The notes beneath the pieces are model-generated. The model was not told where the DNA came from. It was given only the letters and a program-made list of their open reading frames with translations, and did not search any database. A stretch of 64,000 nt of DNA from Euglena gracilis. Lineage: Eukaryota. Positions 58,501 to 64,000 of the stretch are shown piece by piece (the first letter of the stretch is position 1; each line of letters opens with the position of its first letter). A program made the translations under genes and the position numbers. The DNA lies in assembly GCA_039621445.1 (NCBI GenBank), contig CP154954.1:44371847-44435846 (forward strand), given 5' to 3'.

Positions 58501-60349
58501 GAGTTCTTATCTCTTTGGACTGAGAGCAAAGCTTACCACAGGGAAAAGGGGCAAAAGGGGCGGTCCGACTTACCAGGGGGTCCATGGGGCTTTTTTAAAA
58601 AAAAAACGATCCATTTGCAAAAATTGTGTCTTGAGCAATCCAATTTGGTCTCCAGACCCCCCCAAAGTGGGTTCGCAGATCAGGGGTTTTCTTAAGGACC
58701 TGGGGGGGGGGGTCCTGCGGGCCGGCTGGACCCCCCCCCAGGGGTCCAGCCGGCTGGGAGCTGGACCCGAAAAAATGCCCCAAAAACCCCAAACCCAGCT
58801 GGGTTGGGATTTTTTTTAGCCAAAATCTGGAGGTGGAAAAAAAACCCCCAAAACCACCCGAAAATTCCATCTTTTTCGCGATTTTTGACCCCTTTTTTCG
58901 GACCAGCCTGGCTCAGCCTTCCGGGCTGGACCGAACTTTATTTTAGCAGACCCCCCCCCCTGGGGGGTCCACAGCCCTGGCTAGCCGCCTGGCTGGCTGA
59001 ACCCCCCGGGGGGGTAGGGTCCCCTCCGGCTTAAGAAAATCCTGACGCAGATTCCAATGGAAAGGGAACATCAACTGTGGTTGTGGGTTGTGGTTGAAAA
59101 CCAAAATTAAAATTAATTCTCAATTGGTTCCGCAAATGAACAAATTAAAACCTGGCATGCGATAATTTATTTAATAGCATCATGGACCATCTGAAATAAA
59201 TCAAAACCAAGCTACTTTGGCCCGCGAAGACGTCGAGTTCTGCAAATCGGAGGTGGCAGAAATGTGTGTGAAATGGCGGCAGAGGCCGGCAACGAACGTG
59301 CGGGGCTGGGGGGGGAGGCGGGTCCTGGGGGGGCTCTGGCCCTGCGGGGTGAGCAGTGCCGCAGGGTCGAAGTGGCGGTCGAGGGCGACGTGCCGGTCCA
59401 CGAGCAGCGCGAGGCAGTCCGCCGCCTTGGCTGCTGCCGCATTGTGCAGTGCGTAGTTGCCCTTGCCGGGAGGGGCCCGCCACCCCGAACCGAATAACGG
59501 CAGGGCGGGAGACCAAACACCGGTTGTTTTGAGGGAAGCACTGGATGGCGGCTGCCGGGCGGGAGCCGAAGGCACCCAGAAACTATCAGACAACCCAAAA
59601 TGCCACTGGGTTGGAACTATTCAGCCAAGATTTTGAGGCAAACCATACCAAAAAGCTCAAAACCCCCATTTTTTGACCTTTTTTGGACCCCGTTTTTTTT
59701 TTATATTGCTCAACCAGGAGGGGCCGACAACACTTTGGGGGGGGATCCTCGGCCTGGGGAAGCTGTCTGTTTGGCTGGCACGACCCAACCCTCGGCTCCC
59801 CTCTGGCTTAAGGTACCTCCCATACGTGCTTTGGTGTGTGATGCCATTTTGGCCATTCAAATTCAAAGCTCCAAAAAAGAGCTCATCACCTCTCTTTCAT
59901 CAAAAGAAGTCGTAACAAACCGAGCACCAAAGCCGAGGCCCCTCAGCGATGTCGCGGGCCATGAGGGCCTCCGGCTTGGCGTCCAGCAGCTCCTGCAGGC
60001 TGGGGACCAGCAGGCACCGCTGGGGCCCCGCCACGTCGTACACGAACTGCGCCGGGGACGCCGGGGGCCGGCACCAGGGCCCCCGCCGGGTCCGCTTCGG
60101 TGGCAGCAACGGGGGCACCGAAGAGGCACCCCCCCCTTCCCCCCCAGTGGCCCCCACTGGGGGCTACTCGGAAGCACTCAGAGACCTTGCTTCCCCCCTC
60201 CCAACCCCTGGGGTGTGGAGTTGCTTGCCCAGCGCAGGAGTGCAGGAGACCCCGGCCCAGGCAGTCAAGTGCTAGCCCGGAGGCGGGGGGCCTGGGCGGA
60301 CGATGGCGGTGGCCTTGCCATAGGCATCCTTGCCCTCGGCGGGAGGCAT
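47118..60349 (-). CDS. Ankyrin-like repeat + degenerate ADP-ribosyltransferase-like domain + 42-aa TPR array + C-terminal CaaX (multi-exon)
   Basis: Exon ~59470-59345 GNYALHNAAAAKAADCLALLVDR (ankyrin-like). Exons 56640-53880 carry ART-like motifs ending in KEVLFPAGQLYRV. TPR exons at 52920-48080 (e.g. AEAYSRQGELATALELCSKALDIKVRALGEQHDDVALSYEQLG). The last exon ends GGGQQCCVLQ-stop at 47118. The start at 60349 is tentative, and the gene may extend further upstream (~62.5-62.9 kb). Confidence 0.75.
48226..48786 (-). other. Nonconventional intron
   Basis: ACC CGC|ccc CAGGC...GCCTG cccgg|GAG GGG. In frame VLTR|EGQRPDGTRLYEQMA. Confidence 0.6.
48860..49845 (-). other. Nonconventional intron
   Basis: GGG AC|ggc CGCGGCGGTGCTC...GAGCACCGCTGCG tctcc|G CTG. 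13-bp stem (one G-U). Restores the TPR register YEQLGTLLHSQG. Confidence 0.75.
52154..52297 (-). other. Nonconventional intron (144 nt, in frame, no stop)
   Basis: CCC|ggc GAGGCCACCGCCCA...TGGGCGGCGGCCTC ttgggc|AAG. 13/14 paired. Restores TPR spacing LGPKDQVIGAISFVMA. Confidence 0.65.
52492..52773 (-). other. Nonconventional intron
   Basis: CTT G|gcc CCGGGTGGGGCT...AGCCCCGTCCGG ccagt|GG CAG. 12-bp stem with G-U pairs. Gives RESLGQWAEAL. Confidence 0.65.
53953..54370 (-). other. Nonconventional intron
   Basis: GAC CCC|acg CAAGC...GCTTG gcgcc|AAC TGC. In frame and gives ART-like spacing before EVLFP. The stem is short. Confidence 0.5.
57980..58390. repeat. Dispersed GAGGAGGCTCGAG motif family
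   Basis: Similar to ~16990-17470 (GAGGCTC..GAGCCTCCTC, GGCTGTTTAAGCC, CGAGCTCGAGCCTCCTC). Confidence 0.7.
58681..59044. mobile_element. hAT-like MITE
   Basis: TIR CAGGGGTTTTCTTAAG/CTTAAGAAAATCCTG. TSD TCGCAGAT/ACGCAGAT (7/8). Confidence 0.85.
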
Positions 60350-61569
60350 GGGGGCAGCGGGGCTGGGGCTGCGGCCAAAGTGAGGGAGGGGCAAGCAGCA
60401 CCCCCTCCCCCGGTACCTCCAAACAATACAGAGGGTGGACATAAGCCCTGCGGGTCCCGCTTGTTGCTTTTTTGGTAAACGAGAGAAAAAAAGACCCCAA
60501 ACAGCGATGGGATCGCAGGCCAACAAGGAAGTTCACCCAAAGAACACAAAGCGATGTGACAATGAGGTTTTCCATTGAGACAATGCTCCGCTGAGAAATG
60601 GACCTCTCAACAAGCAAGCTGGGGGCAGGCACCCCCAAACCCCTACCCCCCCCTGGGGGGGGTCGGATCGGGTGCTATGGGGTGCCTGCCCTTAGCACCC
60701 ACTTCAGGAAAAAGCAGGAAAATTCGGGGGGATTTAAAAATGTTGCACACGCAACGTCATTTCAGACAAAAATTGCAAACTTTTGGGGAACATGGGAGGT
60801 ACACAACAAAATGTTGGCGTAAAATTGGTATTTGAATGGAGCGTCGAAATTGTTATAGGCCACCAAAAAAAGGTTGACCCCCCAAATACAAAGCCCCCTT
60901 AGTTGCACTAAGGCTTCTTGTTTGTTTATGGCCAGCGCTAACTTCGCTTCTGGCCCAGTTTGCTGTGTGGTGAGTGGCCAGGGACCCCTGACACCAATAC
61001 TCTTTTGCTGCTCCCTCTGGCCGGGCCCCCCCCCAAATATAAAGCCCCACCTGAGGGTCTTGAAACCCCCCAATACAAAGCTGGGGGCTTTATATTGGGG
61101 GGGTTATTCGCGATGAGCTGGATAAAAATTGTGAATAATTTTTTAAATTGAAAAAAAAATGTTTTTTTAATGAAAAAAAATAATAAATTTCAAAAATAAA
61201 CGGGGGGGTAGTGAATGAACAAATTCAAACCAACCACCAAACCAAAACACAATCAGTGAGGGAGGAACACCCAAATTCAAATAGTGTTTTCGCAGACGAA
61301 ACACATTCAATTTTTTCCTGGAGGCAAAATTTCCCAGACAAAAAATAGAAATGCAACAAAAAACAACCAAAATAGAAATTCATACAAATATTGATAGCAA
61401 GTGGCAGGTTAGAATTTGCACACCAACCTCCTCCACCCCAGGAGGTTGTCACCCCCGTGAAGTTGTTTCCAACCTGCCCGGGAATTTGTCGCCGTTTTGC
61501 CCAGGAAGTTGTTGCCCACCTGCCACACTCCCCCCAGGAAAATGTCCTCAACCCTCTCTACCAATTGAC

Positions 61570-62400
61570 CTTCCCCCAAAATAAGACCCCCCTGGGCTGA
61601 CCGAGCAAAATCCCAAAACAAGACCCCCCAATTTTAAGACCCCTCTGATGGCGCGAAGCGCTGGGGGGGGGTAAACCCCCCCCCCAAATAATACCCCCCC
61701 CCAAATAATACCCCCCCCCCCTCGGGGTCCGACTTCGGCCGCCGAAATAATACCCCCCCCCCCCCCTCGGGGTCCGACTTCGGCCGCCGAAATAATACCC
61801 CCCCCCCCTGTTCCGGGCCGAAGGCCCGGATTTTTGACCTGAAAATGTCGGTAAAAACCACAATCTCTGACAACAAATTACGAAAAAAATCAAATTTTCT
61901 GGCTCATCTGACCTCCATAAAATGGTAAATTTCACAAGAAAGTGCAAAAAATGACCCCAAAGGAGGTTTTGGGTGCTATTTTGGGTTTTACGGGACTTCA
62001 AAAAAATTTCGAAAATTTTGGAAAAATAATACCCCCCCCCAAATAATACCCCCCCCCTCGGGCCGGGACTTCGGGCGAAAAAATAATACCCCGGGGGGGG
62101 GTATTATTTGGGGGGGGGGTACCAAAAATTACCGAAACCCCCGCCCTGCTTTCAGGCCCAAAAATGATGAAAATTGTGATATTTTGAGATCTTTGAGACA
62201 AAAAAAAGCAGGAGGAATTTCAATTTAGACCAATTAACACCTGAAAAATTTAGGTGTTTTTTGGAAACCCGAAAAAAGATGATTTTGGGGTCTGAGGTCA
62301 ATAAAAAATAATACCACCCCCGCTGGAGGTTTCCAATAATGGACCCAAAAATAAGACCAGGGTCATATTTTGGGGGAGGAATTAAATCTCTCCTTGCCTC
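61570..62400. repeat. Dispersed AAATAATACCCCCC motif-array family (MITE-like)
   Basis: Direct and inverted copies of the motif. Relative at ~1105-1210. An analogous AAATATAAAGCCCC family lies at 57100-57460 and 60880-61110. Confidence 0.7.
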
Positions 62401-63443
62401 CGTCTTTTTTGTACATTCAGCATGATATTGTGTCATTGGGGAGAAAGATTGTCCCAAGTCTTTTGTTTACACTGCGCCGCAAGCGCATCCTTGCGTCCTG
62501 ACCTCGGTTTGGTGCCACTGTTCTGTCACACGTTGTGGTTGTCAGGGTGATGGCAGTCAGGGCCTCGCTTAAGCCGGAGATGATCCCCTCTCATTGGAGC
62601 GGGGCTGCCTCTCCAGGAGGCTCCACGGCCGCTTCTAGCCCTGGATGGACTGACTCTCTTTCCCTCCACCAACCAAAATATTTATTTTTTTGTCCAACCT
62701 CCCTTTGGCAATTGGACAACGATGGACCTTGGGCCATGGCAGGCGCAGAAATGCAAAAAAAGGCAAAAATGGGTTGAAAGTGTGCCGTTGTGCTCAAGCT
62801 CGCCGCTGTGCTCAAGGGCGGGGGGGATTTGGATGGCCACGTGAACAACGAGCCCGTCATCTTTGGACCCCCTCCACATGTGTGCCCGTGTGTCCTGGGC
62901 AGGAAGAAAAGATGGGAGAACGAGTATGGTTGCTTGCACAGAAACACGCGTTTTATGAAACTTGGAACAGTTGCGGAAAACTCTTCAATTACCACCCAAG
63001 CCTATGGAACGGGCCAACCCTCACCCCCCCCCTAACCCAAATAAAAGCAAGCAGTCGTTTCATATTTCCGAAAACCGCATCGGGGGTTGCTTGTATTTCG
63101 GGGTTCCTTATATTTGGAATGTCGCTGATTTCTCCAATTTCCAGCCGCTTTCATGAAACATTTTGTCATGGCGTCCAGTCAGGGTTGCTTACATTTGGGG
63201 TTGCTTGTATTTGGGTCACCCAAAAATCGGCCAAAAGCTTGCTTATATTTGGAGGTTGCTTATACAGGTTATGCAAGGTTGCTTATATATGGGGGTTGCT
63301 TATAGGGGGATATTTGTTCAGGGACCAAAGGGGCGAACGTCGGACATGGACCCACCAGGGGTTTCCATGTCAGCTGGGAGCTGGACCTGGCAGGTACCCC
63401 CCCAAAAATGCCTCAAAAAGCCCAAATCCAGCTGGGTTGGGAT

Positions 63444-63887
63444 CAGGCTTTTGCTTAGGGCCCCCCGGGGGGGGGGGGGGGGTACTGGCTAGCCAATCGG
63501 CTAGACACTGGAAAAAGTGGACTAGCTAGCCCCCCCCCTCCCCCCGGGGGGGGGGGTCTGGGGGTCCCCCGGACTGGAAAAAAAATTTTCCTCCGGCGCA
63601 CAGCGCCGGAGGAAAAATGAGGTTTTTAACAGGTTTTGGGCTGATTTTGTTCCAAAAATTCCCAAAAATGGCCAAAAACGGGCATTTTGGGCCATTTTTG
63701 GGGGTCCCAAAAAAAATTTTCGGCGCTTTGCGCCGGTCACTGGAAAAATTTTTCCACTAGCTAGCCCTGCTAGCAGACCCCCCCCCGGGGGGGGGTCTGC
63801 TAGAAAACCCACTAGCCAAATTTGGACTAGCTGCAGTCCAGCCCCCCCCGGGGGGGGGGGTACTGCAATCCCTTAAGCAAAAGCCTG
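63444..63887. mobile_element. hAT-like MITE nested in another MITE
   Basis: 14-bp perfect TIR CAGGCTTTTGCTTA. Perfect TSD GTTGGGAT. Confidence 0.92.
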
Positions 63888-64000
63888 GTTGGGATCAGCC
63901 ATAAATAAGAGGTGTAAACCCCCCAAAACCACCCAAAAATGGACATCTTTTGGCCATTTTTGATCCCCGGTTTCCCAAAGATTTTGGCGCTTTACGCTGA

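Overview
Eukaryotic nuclear DNA, most likely from a euglenid (inferred): short GC-rich exons are separated by long repeat-filled introns, and many introns lack GT-AG but have base-paired ends in the N3-CAG...CTG-N5|R geometry known from euglenid nonconventional introns. Almost all six-frame ORFs are spurious or chimeric. Every gene I could reconstruct is on the minus strand. These are (i) a long multi-exon gene with probable LOTUS/OST-HTH repeats (~450-31834, possibly more than one gene), (ii) EMC10 (32425-38627), (iii) weakly supported exons at ~39-46.8 kb, and (iv) a protein with an ankyrin-like repeat, a degenerate ADP-ribosyltransferase-like domain, TPR repeats and a C-terminal CaaX (47118-~60349). 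The window holds at least 10 hAT-like non-autonomous elements with 8-bp target-site duplications (TSDs): nine have CAG...CTG termini and one has CAA...TTG. There are also TA-flanked MITEs and micro/minisatellites. Main result: two hAT-like MITEs sit inside coding sequence. The nonconventional splice geometry (3 nt before CAG + 5 nt after CTG = 8 nt) would remove the element plus exactly one TSD copy and restore the reading frame. These elements therefore look like intron-generating transposons for the nonconventional splicing system. All splicing is inferred by eye, with no transcript data.
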